From: Octopus vulgaris
Taxonomy: Eukaryota
Length of the DNA: 64,000 nt
Direction: 5' to 3'
Assembly (NCBI GenBank): GCA_951406725.2
Contig: OX597821.1
Coordinates: 95,728,001-95,792,000, forward strand
Every line of letters starts with the position of its first letter. Within the stretch, counting starts at the first letter, position 1. Of the stretch, positions 24,935 through 37,499 are shown piece by piece. The notes beneath the pieces were generated by a model, which saw only the letters and a list, made by a program, of their open reading frames with translations, was not told the origin of the DNA and made no database searches. The translations under genes and the position numbers were made by a program.

Positions 24935-26770
24935 TGTGTGAGTCGGTGGGTAGATGAGGCTGATTAGCTGTGGTGAAGGCAACTCTTCTAGGAGAAGGAC
25001 ACTCTGACCTAAAGCCAGGTCGTAATAATGATAGTCTCTTAATTGGTTGCACTATCAAAGCCATGACTCTTGATGGAGGCAGACTGGGCTCCTGTTTTGA
25101 AACAAAGCCATGATTTGTATTGGAGAATAAAACTCTGAATTCAAATTGACTTACCACTGCTTGCTTGCAGTCTCCTTTTGAGGAAAAGCCTAGGAGAAGG
25201 TATCCCAATATAAAACCTGCAGTCAACTTAGTTCTAGTCATCTTGCTTTGTTTGTCTCTAGAATCTACTATTTTGACCGAGAGAGTGGCAAAAGTGTTGC
25301 ACAAGCATTTGTCACTGAAATCCAATGAAGTACAGATGTCCCTGACAAAACACCATCATTGTACAATCATCATTTTTCAAAAGTCCTATGGAAATAGAGG
25401 CATGGCAATGTAAGCAGACTTGACCAATTGGAAGCATACAATTACAAATCTGCACATAAGGCGGCAGGGCTCTTATCTTAACATTGCTAACATGTTTTCA
25501 GGGATAGGAACTGTTTTCGGTGGAGAATCTGAGCAGTCTCTTTAAAGAGAACACTGTTGATCTGGATATACTGTGAAGGTGCTAGGAAAGGTACACTAAA
25601 AATTGACTGTCCTTTCTCTGCTGGTTAGTTTACTGCAGCTAATGGTGGTTCAATTTAGCAGGAATGAACAAAGAATTGATATAAATGATGATAACAAGTA
25701 TGCAAGGAATAAAGTTTCTCTTAACCGGGCCTGTTAAGAGAAAGTATTCTGTTAGTCCCTTTGAATGAGAAATTGGCTGTGCTTGGTAACTTTAATGTAC
25801 GTGTTGGTAGAGACTATGGTGCTTGGAATGTGCCTGGGCATTACAGAATAGAAAAAGTGAACAACAATGGGTTGCATCTACTACAAATTTGCTCTGAGCT
25901 AGGGTTGGTTGTTGGGAATACTTTCTTTCATCAAAAGCTGAAGCATAAAGTTACCTGGATTTACCCAAGATCAAAGCAAGGTCACGTGATAGACTTTGTA
26001 TTAACTAAGAAAGCTGACTTACAAGATTTGTGCAGTCTCAGACTATTGTGAAGTGCTGATTATGATACTGATTACAAGATGGTTAGGGCCATCATCATCA
26101 TCATTGTTCGACCGTGGTCGAGACAATGGAATTTACCATGCTACGCCAGACTTCACGGTCCATCATGGCATTACGGAGGTCCTGTTGCTGGATACGTGCA
26201 TCCCTTGGTTAGGGCCAAGTTCAAGTTCAGGGTCTGCAAGAAAATTTATAGTGCCGGCGTACGAGTACGAAAGAGAATCGATGTAGAGCAGCTAAAAGAA
26301 ACAAGCTTTGCAGTTATTTCAGGAGAGATGCAGTAATGTTCATTTTGAAGGTTCATGGCAATCTTTTTAGGATGGAATACATAAAATGGGATCAGAGGTG
26401 TTAGGTTTTAAGAGGAGACAACACCGAGACAGGTTTGATTCCAATTTAGTGATAAATGCGCTTTTTAGCAACAAAAAGGTCCACTCATGAAAAGTTTCTT
26501 GACCCAAACGTTAAGAACAAAGTGCAACTAGAAAAGTTGTACAAGTCTCAGAAAGCAAACATGCTTAAAGACACTTGGTGAAGAAATTTGTCTGAGGAAG
26601 TATAGGTGGCTTATGGCATGAAAGACATGAAAAGGTTTTATAGTTTATTGGGGCAAGCTTTGGACTGCAATCTTCATCATATGTTCCCTTGAAGTCAAAA
26701 GATGGAAATGAGGTTATTAAATCCTCCTGAAACAATGAATAGATGGAGAGAGCATTTTTCAGATCTATAC
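24935..26770 (+). mobile_element. Degenerate RTE (BovB-like) LINE 5' portion (paralog about 57795-59345)
   Basis: VLGNFNVRVGRD..NNNGLHLLQICSELGLVVGNTFF..KVTWIYPRSKQGHVIDFVL (APE) and RWREHFSDL. Confidence 0.8.
26092..26205 (-). mobile_element. Short 5'-truncated RTE 3' end with a 12-bp TSD
   Basis: tggttagggcca at 26080-91 and 26206-17. Encodes ..DLRNAMMDREVWRSMVNSIVSTTVEQ* followed by an (ATG)n tail. Confidence 0.8.
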
Positions 26771-26959
26771 GTATCCTACATGGGTTTTATTTACACGTAT
26801 TTTTTATGTATATTTATAATTTATAAATATTTAAAAAAATATTCATATGTGTTGATATGTATTAATATATGTATAGGCATTTTAAGTCAAATGTATAAAT
26901 ATATGAGTATAATTTCTTAATTAGAGTTTATATCTTAATTCTTATATAATATATATATA

Positions 26960-27560
26960 TGCACACACATTTGTGTATTTGTTTTGCAAGATTCCTGATG
27001 TGAAATCTTGTGTTGAAACATTTATTATATATGGGGATGGTCATAGATTTTGCTAATTAACCACACACACTATGTACTCGTTCTTCACCTAAGCTTTAAT
27101 ATTATTCTTATTTTAGTGTCCTTTGCGTTATTTTAGTGTAATCTTTCATAACACATTCAATGACTTCTTCAGCGACTCTCCATCCTATGTGTCTCCTCTT
27201 GTTCTATTTAGTCCACTGTGCCTATTCGTAGTGTGTATCCTTAGTTGTGAATGTGCTTGCATCTGTGTGTGTATGTGTGTGTATGTATTTGTGAGTATGT
27301 GTGTGCATGTGTGTGTGTGGCTTGGATTGTCTATTACTATGTATGTGGCCTCTGTAATCTAAGTGTTATGTCAGTTCTATGTGTTGGTAATATATTAACA
27401 TCTATATTATTATCCATGCCTCCATGTTTTAACTGAGCATGTTGGTAGAGCACTGATGAGCATTTCTCCTCTTTGAGCTCTCACCAGTGTTCACCTATAC
27501 GTTCTCCTATGCTATGTGCTGTCTTTCCACTGTAAGTTGTCCTGTTACTGTTCTGTCCAG
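26960..27560 (-). mobile_element. PLE 3' remnant: GIY-YIG end plus pseudo-LTR (paralog about 59545-60130)
   Basis: TTYSGKTAHSIGERIGEH..SVLYQHAQLKH. The pseudo-LTR is similar to the one at 17330-17500. Confidence 0.75.
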
Positions 27561-27664
27561 AAAGAAGCTTACTTCCCATCCATATAGTTTTGACTTCAGT
27601 CCCACTGTATATCATCTTGGACGAACTATAACAATGCACTGCAGAAATCACAGGCTGTTAGTCA

Positions 27665-28200
27665 TGGTTTGTTAGAAGACTGCTACAGATGGTGGAACAT
27701 TGTGTTTGGTTCTCAATTATAATCTCATGTGGAACCCAAATTTCCTCTCTGCATGTTTTCCCAATTTATTTGAGATATTCGTGGATAATTGAATATGACA
27801 TTAAATTTTTGCACCAAATCTCGAGTGCTTTGACACGAATCCAATACAACAGTCTCATTCAAAAGGTCGTCATTAAGAGTGAGTCACCTTCCAGAAAGAG
27901 GCTTGTCAGATATGTCACAGAATCACCGTCTTTAAACCTTCTGAACTGCAGTTGTTATGTACGAGTCTTCACAGCATCTGGATAAACTTCAGAAAATGCT
28001 TTTCATTGCTTCTGTAGAGGTACTTTTCTTTCAAAACTCATACAGTAAGCAATGGGAAATATGTTGTTTCATAAAGTTCTTATCCTCCATGGGGTTAATT
28101 GCTGTTTTAACTATGAATGACACACTGCCAGATAGAAAAGTTGATATACTCTCTCTAGACAGTTCTCACTCATTTGATCTTAGCTCTGACGTGATTGGTT
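27665..28200 (-). mobile_element. Mariner transposase N-terminal fragment (paralog about 60240-60775)
   Basis: HISHCLLYEF..FRRFKDGD..STRDL..IGKTCREEIWVPHE, matching the WVPHEL motif. Confidence 0.8.
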
Positions 28201-28431
28201 GATTCATATTTCATAGTGGTATAAAAACAATTACACACACACACCACACACATTTGTGTGTATGTGTATACACACATATGCACACACATGCATGCACACA
28301 CATGCATGCACACACATGCATGCACACACATACATGCATGCACGCAGCCACACGCATGCACGCACACACACGCATGCACGCACACACACACGCATGCATG
28401 CACACACACACATGCACGCAGACATACACAT

Positions 28432-28465
<34 letters not shown>

Positions 28466-28504
28466 GAAGCTAGGAGACAGGTATATTTAGTTAGGGGAGC
28501 TAAT

Positions 28505-28735
28505 GGCGGTGAGCTGGCAGAAACGTTAGCACGCCGGGCAAAATGCTTAGCGGTATTTCGTCTGCCGTTACTTTGTGAGTTCAAATTCTGCCAAGGTTGA
28601 CTTTGCCTTTCTTCCTTTTGGGGTCGATAAATTAAGTACCAGTTACGTACTGGGGTCGATGTAATCGACTTAATACCTATGTCTGTCCTTGTTTGTCCCC
28701 TCTATGTTTAGCCCCTTGTGGGTATTAAAGAAATA
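28505..28735 (+). mobile_element. tRNA-derived Nin-domain SINE (paralog about 60991-61205)
   Basis: ggcggtgagctggcagaaacgttagcacgccggg..gagttcaaattc..gcctttc..ggggtcgataaattaagtacc. Confidence 0.85.
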
Positions 28736-29314
28736 GGTATATTTAGCTAGGGGAGTAGCAGATGGAGGAGAGAAGGAAGTGAGGAAGATGGTGAAGATGT
28801 GACAGAGAGGGAGGCAGACACCGTACACTCAAGTTACAGGGTGGCATATATAGTGGGCAGGTGGGTGAGTTCACAAGATTTTGAAAGGAAAGTGGGAGTT
28901 ACACATTGTGGGAAGGGAACAAGTGAGGGAGAACTGAGGGGAGAAACATCAGTGGTGAGCCTTGGTGAGTTGTGAGGGAGGGAGTAGGGTCATGAACATG
29001 GATTTTACTTTGCTGGGGAAGTCTCCTTAAGTACAGCATATTACCAGTTGTCTTGACCTTTTCTCATTTCCTCTCATTTCCTTAATAACTGAAGATCCTT
29101 TCTCACCACATCCTTCCATGTCTTTCAAGGTCTACCATGTCCACAGATTTCTTTGGCAGTTAGAAATTGGCATTTCTTTATGCAGCTGTCCTCATCCATA
29201 CACTTCATATGACCATATAAGTGCAGACTTCTCCCTTGCACACTACAACTGATGCTTCTTATACACAATTTCTCTCCCAAAACATTTACATTTTGTTGTA
29301 TGTGCACACTAACA

Positions 29315-29697
29315 GGCGCAGGAGCGGCTGTGTGGTAAGTAGCTTGCTAACCAACCACAAAGTTCCGGGTTCAGTCCTACTGCGTGGCATCTTGGGCAAA
29401 TGTCTTCTGCTATATCCCCGGGCCGACCAATGCCTTGTGAGTAGATTTGGTAGACAGAAACTGAAAGAAGCCTGTCGTATATATGTATACATATGTATAT
29501 GTATTTGTGTGTGTGTGTTTGTGTGTCTGTGTTTGTCCCCCTAGCATTGCTTGACAACTGATGCTGGTGTGTTTATGTCCCCGGTTTGGCAAAAGAGACC
29601 GATAAAATAAGTCCTGGGGGCAATTTGCTTGACTAAAGCTGGTGCTCCAGCATGGTCGCAGTCAATTGACTGAAACAAGTAAAATAGTAAAGAGAGT
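29315..29697 (+). mobile_element. tRNA/CORE SINE (paralog 61805-62219)
   Basis: ggcgcaggagcggctgtgtggtaag..gggttcagtcc (pol III boxes), cttgggcaaatgtctt core, internal (TG)n. Confidence 0.85.
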
Positions 29698-30094
29698 ATC
29701 CAGCTGAGCATGCTGGCTTCACTTCTTTCAAGTTTTCATATGTCCTTTGCAGTTACAGCTCATGTCTCACGGCCATGTAGCATACGTGTCCATACACAGG
29801 CAAAATCTGTCATTATTCTAAGTGGGTTACATTATATATATATATTTTTTCATATCTAAATAGTAAACTAATTATTTCTACATGACTGAAATGAAGTTGT
29901 CTTGAAATGCCTCGTCATTTGAATTACAATGCTTCTGTGAAAAGTAACATACTTAGTGTAGTTAGCTAAACAAAATTTCAGTCACTTACATTACCATTGA
30001 AGTAAAAAGAGGAACACTACAATTTTTGCCTTCAGCATTGAGTACTCACAAATGTATCACCTTTCCCCACACCACCTACATTGGTTTTAAGCAA

Positions 30095-30296
30095 CTCTCT
30101 TTACTCTTTTACTTGTTTCAGTCATTTGACTGCGGCTATGCTGGAGCACCGCCTTTAGTTGAGCAAATCGACCCCGGGACTTATTCTTTGTAAGCCCAGG
30201 ACTTATTCTATCGGTCTCTTTTGCCGAACCGCTAAGTGACGGGGACGTAAACACACCAGCATCGGTTGTCAAGCAATGCTAGGGGGAGAAACACAA

Positions 30297-30327
<31 letters not shown>

Positions 30328-30499
30328 CATATATACGACAGGATTCTTTCAGTTTCCGTCTCCCAAATCCACTCACAAGGCATTGGTCGGCCCGGGGCTA
30401 TAGCAGAAGACACTTGCCCAAGGTGCCACGCAGTGGGGACTGAACCCGGAACCATGTGGTTGGTTAGCAAGCTACTTACCACACAGCCACTCCTGCGCC
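30095..30499 (-). mobile_element. Same SINE family in inverted orientation (paralog 62620-63034)
   Basis: Reverse complement of 29315-29697. Confidence 0.85.
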
Positions 30500-31194
30500 T
30501 GTATTTTTTTTAATTAAATCAGATCACAGCTAGTCACAGTCTTAGATGATTTGAATTGACCCACCAGTTATAATGACCAAATTGCCTTCAAATTATGCCT
30601 GTTATTTTAAAAACAAACAAAACAGACTGAAATCAAGATTAAGAGAAAATGAGTTATGACTAACACACCTTTGATCATGACTCCATTCAATCAATCTAAA
30701 CATTACAACCCTCTACCTTTCTCTTTTATATGTATGTGTGGATGGGTGTATATACAAGAGTATATCATGTAAATGTACAAGTTTTCATATACAATAGATA
30801 TTGTGCATACTATACTCATGTCACATGTTAGGCAAGCATCTAATATCCTTGACATATTGCCGAACAAGGAAGTTTCTAAGTATTTGCTTAGTTTGCTATA
30901 AATAACTTACATTTAATAAAACAAATTATTTCACAGTCCAGTCATGCGAGTAGAGAGAAATAAAAACAACAAATGGAGTGAGAGTGAGTGATGGTCAGAG
31001 ATGCTAAATGCAGGTGAACCATAGTGAGATGTTTTACTCTGATGCAGCTGGTATTTTTTTTTATTAAAATGAAACTGGAAAGTTTTATTGTAAATTATAT
31101 TAATTAACTTCACACATATATAAATATGAAATTAAATATTAAACTCTTTTCAAAACACTATCATTCATGTAATATTTATAAATTATACATATAT

Positions 31195-31217
31195 GCATGC
31201 ATGTATGCATGCATGCA

Positions 31218-31253
<36 letters not shown>

Positions 31254-31647
31254 TACACACATACATACATACATACACATATACATACATACATACATAT
31301 ATATGCAAATACATACATACATACATATACATACATACATACACACACACATACATACATACATACATACATACATACATACACATATACATACATACAT
31401 ACATATATACACACATACATACATACATACATACACATACATACACATATACATACATACAGATATACACACATACATACATACATACATACACATACAT
31501 ACATACATACACATACATACATACATACATACACACACACATACATACATACATACATACATACATACACACATACATACATACATATATACATACACAC
31601 ACATACATACATACATACATGCATACATACGTACATACGTACATACA

Positions 31648-31678
<31 letters not shown>

Positions 31679-31739
31679 GTACATACGTACATACATACAT
31701 ACATACACACACACATACATACATACATACATACATACA

Positions 31740-31770
<31 letters not shown>
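31195..31770. repeat. Long imperfect (CATA)n microsatellite (paralog 63700-64000)
   Basis: Directly visible in the sequence. Confidence 0.97.
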
Positions 31771-31774
31771 GCAT

Positions 31775-32215
31775 CTTTGGTATGGTCTTCATGAGGAACC
31801 ACATTTCCATTCCATAGAGGAGAATGGAGAGAACTGACACATTGTAGATGTGGAGCTTCATCTTCTGGAAGATAGAGTTGTGGTATCAAAAGGGATTTCA
31901 TAGGAAGTATATGACCTCAGCAGCCAGACTATATCTGTGGTTGACCTCTGACATCAGATCTCCACTGATGGTAGATAAAGGAGCCAACAAACTCCACAAT
32001 ATTGGGGCCAATATGGAGAAGCAGGTTGTTCGGACCATCACCGTCATGCATCAGCTTTGTCTTCACCCAACTCACCTGAAGGTCAAGTTTTACTGATTTC
32101 TCTTGGTATATGGTCAGTGCATCCTTGAACAGGTTGATTGAGTTGGTGAATAGGGAGGTATTGTCTGCATACTCCAGGTTGGTAAGGTGATAGTTCCCAA
32201 AGGTCATGTCAGAGA
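31775..32215 (-). mobile_element. RTE RT fragment
   Basis: LEYADNTSLF..LQVSWVKTKLM and KLHIYNVSVLSILLYGMEMW. Confidence 0.8.
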
Positions 32216-32536
32216 CTCACTCACAGACCTTGGTCATCAGATAACACTGGTCAACAAAGAATTTGTCTCAAGAAAAAGAATACCTGTATCTTATATGTTT
32301 TTGCATGCAGAACTGAAAAATAATGTCAAATTTTCTGTATCACCCACAGTTTCTCGGTTCCATGATGTCCCTCTCAGTTCCTGCTACATGGGCAAGATTT
32401 CAGTTAAGCTGTTGAAATATGAAGCTAATGGTTTAGAAATACTCCTAATTTAAATGTTTATGAATAGAAATAACCTAATGAAATCATAAATCTAGCTATA
32501 TATATATGAATGCATGTATATATATGTGTGTGGGAG

Positions 32537-32873
32537 TGAAGGTGCATGGCTCAACAGTTAGAGCATCGAGCTTATGATCATGAGGTTGTGAGCTTGAATC
32601 CCGGACCGTTCTGCATGTTGTGTTCTTGAGCAAGACACTTTATTTCACGTTGCTCCAGTTCACTCAGCTGTAGAAATGAGTTGCGATGTCACAGGTGCCA
32701 AGCTGTATCTGCTGTTGCCTTTCCCTTGGATAACACTGGTGGCGTGGAGAGGGGAGGTCGGTATGCATGGGTGACTACTGGTCTTCCATAAACAACCTTG
32801 CTCGGACTTGTGCCTGGGAGGGTAACTTTCTAGGTGCAATCCCATGGTTTGTGTCGTGACCGAAGGGGGTCTC
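32537..32873 (+). mobile_element. tRNA/CORE SINE, third family
   Basis: gaaggtgcatggctc..ttgaatcccgg..cttgagcaagacactttatttcac. Confidence 0.7.
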
Positions 32874-32889
32874 AATATATGTGGGATAT

Positions 32890-33211
32890 AAATGTAAGAT
32901 AATAGTTTCACTTTAATAGTTTCATTATTAATAGTGAAACTATTAAATTGAAAGTATCTAACCTTACAATAGAGATGTTATGGTTTCACTTTTGACACAT
33001 AATACTGAAATAGTGTAAGAGATAAGAGATTGGTCTGGGCTTGCATTAGGCAAGAAATTGAAAATTGTTTGGCCCATGACACTGTATGGGCCCTAAGTAA
33101 GGCATGAGTAAAATTTGAATGAAATCGGTTGTGAAGGTCTCGAGTTTTAAGGATTCACACAAACAGATAGACACACACACAGACACACATTCTCAGTTTT
33201 ATATATTAAGA
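32890..33211 (-). mobile_element. Helitron-like non-autonomous 5' fragment
   Basis: Minus strand A|TCTTAATATATAAAA..tgtgtgtctgtgtg resembles the 5' end at 6231. No 3' end found. Confidence 0.5.
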
Positions 33212-33240
33212 TATATATATATATAAATACATACAAGAAA

Positions 33241-33271
<31 letters not shown>

Positions 33272-33278
33272 AATGTAT

Positions 33279-33315
<37 letters not shown>

Positions 33316-33326
33316 CATACGTTATA

Positions 33327-33995
33327 CAGAGTCCATCAAAGAAATGTTTACACACACTTCAGGAAAAGAAAATTTGTAGAAATATTTGAACACCCCAGCC
33401 AATTTTCACTTCTTTATGTACCTTTTTTTAATCCCCATTAGGATTACATTGAATTTTCTCAGTATAATCAGCCTTAGCTAAGGTGAAATTGTAATGTTTC
33501 ATTCTGTCTAAGTATGTTTTCCTTTGCTGTAAGTGTGGAAAATTTATGAGAATTCCCTAAAAAAACGAACTGATAATTGCTTTTTCACACACACATGCAC
33601 AAATGTATGTGTGTGTGTGTATGTGTGTATACACACAAGCATACACATGCACATGCTTGTTTGCTCACACAAACATAATCTATCTACATCACAATACTCT
33701 TATTTCTTGCAACACCGGTGCGTTAGTCACAATTAGTAACAATAAAATTTTCCCTTTGTAGTATTATATTGTGCCTAGCTGTTTGAATTAATTTTTAATA
33801 TATGCATTAGCATTTTGCTAAATCAACCATAAATTTTGATTGTAAAATATATATATATTGACATCCATGTTCAGTCAACAATCAAATGTTTGAAAAGTCA
33901 CTATTGACAAGCCTACTACAGGTAGGTGGAAGTAGTCAAGCCTAGTGATCCTAGAGATGCTCATGGGGTAGTTATCTCCGCTGTCAGTGTGTATA

Positions 33996-34030
<35 letters not shown>

Positions 34031-34209
34031 TGCGTGTCTTGTACAGCAGTAATAGCTTTTAACTCTTATTTCTTGCAATATAGGTGCTTCGGCACAATCA
34101 GTCATCAGTGATGATAACATTTTTCCTCTATTTTATTATATTGCATCTAACTGTTTATATTAAGTTTTTCTTTTCCTGAAGCGTGTACACATTTCTTTGA
34201 TGGACTCTG
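33327..34209. mobile_element. Tc1/mariner-type MITE with about 45-bp TIRs
   Basis: TA|CAGAGTCCATCAAAGAAATGT..TTCAGGAAAAG at the left end and its reverse complement ending CTCTG|TA at the right end. Confidence 0.8.
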
Positions 34210-34215
34210 TATAAC

Positions 34216-34248
<33 letters not shown>

Positions 34249-34251
<3 letters not shown>

Positions 34252-36816
34252 TCATCATCATCGTTTAATGTCCTCTTTCCATGCTAGCATGGGTTGGACG
34301 GTTCAACTGGGGTCTGGCAAGCCCGAAGGCTGCACCAGGCCAGTCAGATCTGGCAGTGTTTCTACAGCTGGATGCCCTTCCTAATGCCAACCACTCCAAG
34401 AGTGTAGTGGGTAATTTTATGTGCCACCGACACAGGTGCCAGACGAGGCTGGCAGACGACCACGCTCGGATGGTGTTTTTTATGTGCCACCGACACAGGT
34501 GCCAGACGAGGCTGGCAGACGGCCATGCTCGGATGGTGTTTTCTATGTGCCACCAACACAGGTGCCAGACGAGGCTGGCGTATGGCCATGATCGGATGGT
34601 GTTTGTTACGTGCCCACAGCATGGAGGCCAGTCGATGCGGTACTGGCTACGGCCATGTTCGGATGGCTTTCTTGTGTGCCACCGGCACTGGTACCACAAG
34701 GATACAAATTCCATTGATGTTCATCTAGTTTGATTTGATTTAATTTGATTTGATTTTCACTTGCCTCAACAGTACTTCACAAGTGTCACAAGAAGGAAGG
34801 TATGCACAGGTGGACTGACTATGTCCCAGGTAGGGGCCACGGGTTATGGCTTCACTAGTCTTGCCGGGTCTTCTCACGCACAGCATACTTCCATAGGTCT
34901 CGGTCTCTAGTCATTTCCATGGTGAGACCTAACGTTCGAAGGTCGTGTTTCACCACCTCGTCCCAGGTTTTCCTGGGTCTACCTCTTCCACGGGTTCCCT
35001 CAACTGCTAGGGATTGGCACTTTCTCACACACCTAACTTCATCCAGGAATATAGCATCAGTGGTGCTTTTCCCTGGCACAAACCCAAACTGCATCTCATC
35101 TAAACTAACTCTCTCTCTAATTAGTTGGGATATGACCCTCTCCGTAACCTTCATTACTTGATCCAACAGCTTGATACCTCTGTAATTATTTGTATCTAGG
35201 GCATCACCTTTACCTTTGTAGCAGTTGACTAGTATGCTGCTACACCAGTCATTGGGTATGACTCCTTTGTGTACCACCTGGTCGACTATACGGGTGACTA
35301 GGTTATAGCCGACACTGCCAGATATTTTGAGCATCTCTGCAGTGATTCCTGATGGGCCTGGGGCTTTCCCTGTCTTCATGCTTCTAATTGACTTAGCTAC
35401 CATGGAACTATCAACTCGGATAGCTGGTCCCTCTGTTGGGTCAACATTCGGCAGACTCTCTTTATCCCATTCATTTTCCTTATTCAGCAGCCTTTCATAG
35501 TGGCATCTCCAAACCTCTCTCTTTGCATCCTCATTTAGCGCAAGTGAACCATCATCCATGCGAACATATTTCTCTCCTACCACATCACGATTCTCTCTCA
35601 CACACTGTCTTGCAACACGAAATGCCTCAAGTTTTTCATCCTCACGGGTCAGAACATTGGCAAATTTTTTCTTATCCACTTCCCCTCTGGCTAAATAAAC
35701 CTGTCTCCTAGCTTCCCTTCTGGCTGTCTGATACAATTCCCTGCTACCACCGTTCTTCCAGTCCTTCCAAGCCTGTCTCTTTTGTCTAATAGTCCTGTCG
35801 ACCACAGTGTTCCACCACCATGTTACTCTGGGTCGAGATGGTACTTTGCTCCATCCACAGATCTGGTCAGTGGCTGTCAGCAGATTGCCCGTAGAAATCT
35901 CCAGTTGTCTTCCACATTAAGTGAAGCTATATCCCCTTCTATTTCGTCAAAGGCTTCGAGTAGTATGTCTCTAAATCTCTGTCCATTTGCAGGATCTTTA
36001 AGCTTCCAGACCCTTCTCCTCCAAGCTGGTCTTCTTCTGGGCAACCATTTAGCTCTGATCCTGAAGTCGCTAACTACTAATCTATGTTGAGGAGTACATT
36101 CTTCGCCTGGAAAGGTTTTGGCATTTATAATCAGCCCTCTTTCCGGCAAGGATGTAGTCAATCTGGCTGGTGTGTCTGCCAGAACGGTAGGTGACTAGGT
36201 GAGAGGTGGGTTTCCTGAAGTTGGTATTGCAGACCATAAGGTCATTTGCATCGCAGAACTCCAGCAGCCTGGTTCCCTCCTCATTACGAGAGCCAAAACC
36301 GTAGCCTCCATGGACGCCCCCGACATGCCGTCCAACATGTCCATTGAAATCACCTGCCACGAAGAGAAGGTCACTGTCATTTGTCAACGAGGTAGTCCGC
36401 AATAGGGTGTCATAGAATTGGTCTTTTTGTCCTTCCGGTAGCCCCGGTTGAGGGGCATATGCCGAGATGATGGTAGCTGTCCTATGGTGAAGGACTAATC
36501 TAATTTTAATTACTCTGACTACCTCGATTACCTTATCTACCCATTTCTCCGCAAGAAGTATACCCACGCCCCCGACCGCGTCTGTGTTCGCTGCCCAAAA
36601 ACTCTTGTACCTGTGTTCCTTGCCTGCGAGGAGCCTAGCGGAACCTCCTCTCCACCTTACTTCCTGAATACAGCATACATCCACACGTCTCCGTTCAAGC
36701 AGCTCTACAATCTCTCCAGACCTACCTTTCAATGTGCCAACTCTGAGGGTGTGGGAGGTGTGGGCCTCTGAGACCCTGGGATGAGGGACAGCTGTGTCAT
36801 GTACCTGAAAAGAAAG
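34249..36816 (-). mobile_element. Comparatively young RTE LINE with an internal RT deletion
   Basis: APE motifs (CIQEVRW, SAYAPQ, GDFNGHVG, SQIDYIL) and RT start (NYRGIKLL, QFGFVPGKSTTDAIFL) fused in frame to the C-terminus. The 3' UTR has 69-bp repeats and an (ATG)n tail. Confidence 0.92.
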
Positions 36817-36949
36817 TTTGCACTTGGGCAGATTTCATATGGAAACACTAGACTACAACCTGCATACATTTCACAATTTTGCGCTATATGACCAGATAAA
36901 CCCTACATAGGTAGGAGTGGGGGTGGGGGTAGTTAAGAAAGACAGGGGT

Positions 36950-37290
36950 AGAACTTCCGGTAATTGGATAGAAACATCCAAGGGCGGGTGCGAACATCGA
37001 AGCAATTAGGGATGTGTGTGTGTGTCTGTGTGTAGGGGGTCGGGAACACGAGAGGAGAGAGAGAGAGGACATCGAAGCAACTGGTTTGAATATTATATTT
37101 GAGGGGAAAATAATTAGATAAATGAATGAATCCAGAGAGAGATTGAAAAAAAAAAAAAATAATAAATAATAAATACGATATGATATATGATACGAGGGGA
37201 CACATTTTGAGGGAGAATGGAATAAACAACGAAGATGGCGCTGAAAGAAAAGGTAAACTTTAAAGATGCATGAAGACGCCATGTTTAGAG
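36950..37290. promoter_or_regulatory. Promoter-like segment upstream of the RTE (ETS and YY1 motifs)
   Basis: ACTTCCGG at 36953-60, AAGATGGCG at 37232-40, CGCCATGTT at 37277-85. Locally CpG-richer than the surroundings. Confidence 0.35.
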
Positions 37291-37499
37291 ATAGATAGAG
37301 AAACGAAAGGGGAGATCGAGGTATCCAAACAAACGCTTAAAAATATGAAAGTAAACAGGTTGAAATTTAAGGACTTAGCTGGCCATTTTTGAAAATCCGT
37401 GTTTTCTCTAGAGGTGAAGCGAGTAAATGAGGAGGAAATACGATCGTCCACTGGCTTATAAGGGAATTAGGGATGTGTGTGTGTGTGTGGAGGGGAAAT

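Noticed and set aside
26985-27025. CTGATGTG...GAAAC as another hammerhead (related inverted copy at about 19490-19530)
   Set aside because: A9 is missing and no stem II forms, so it is too degenerate to call.
28505-28580. tRNA genes at SINE heads
   Set aside because: The pol III box-like heads continue into SINE bodies and no cloverleaf can be drawn.
29753-29821. Possible exon after tcctttgcAG
   Set aside because: Short, weak donor and no recognisable product; unsupported without RNA data.
31126-31901. Long ORFs rich in YIHT/MYVC
   Set aside because: These are translations of (CATA)n. The same applies to the many [12 protein letters not shown] ORFs elsewhere.
33874-33920. Possible small exon (ttcAG ... 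CAG|GTAGGT)
   Set aside because: It lies inside a TIR-bounded MITE and has a stop in the phase needed to follow the 21316 donor.
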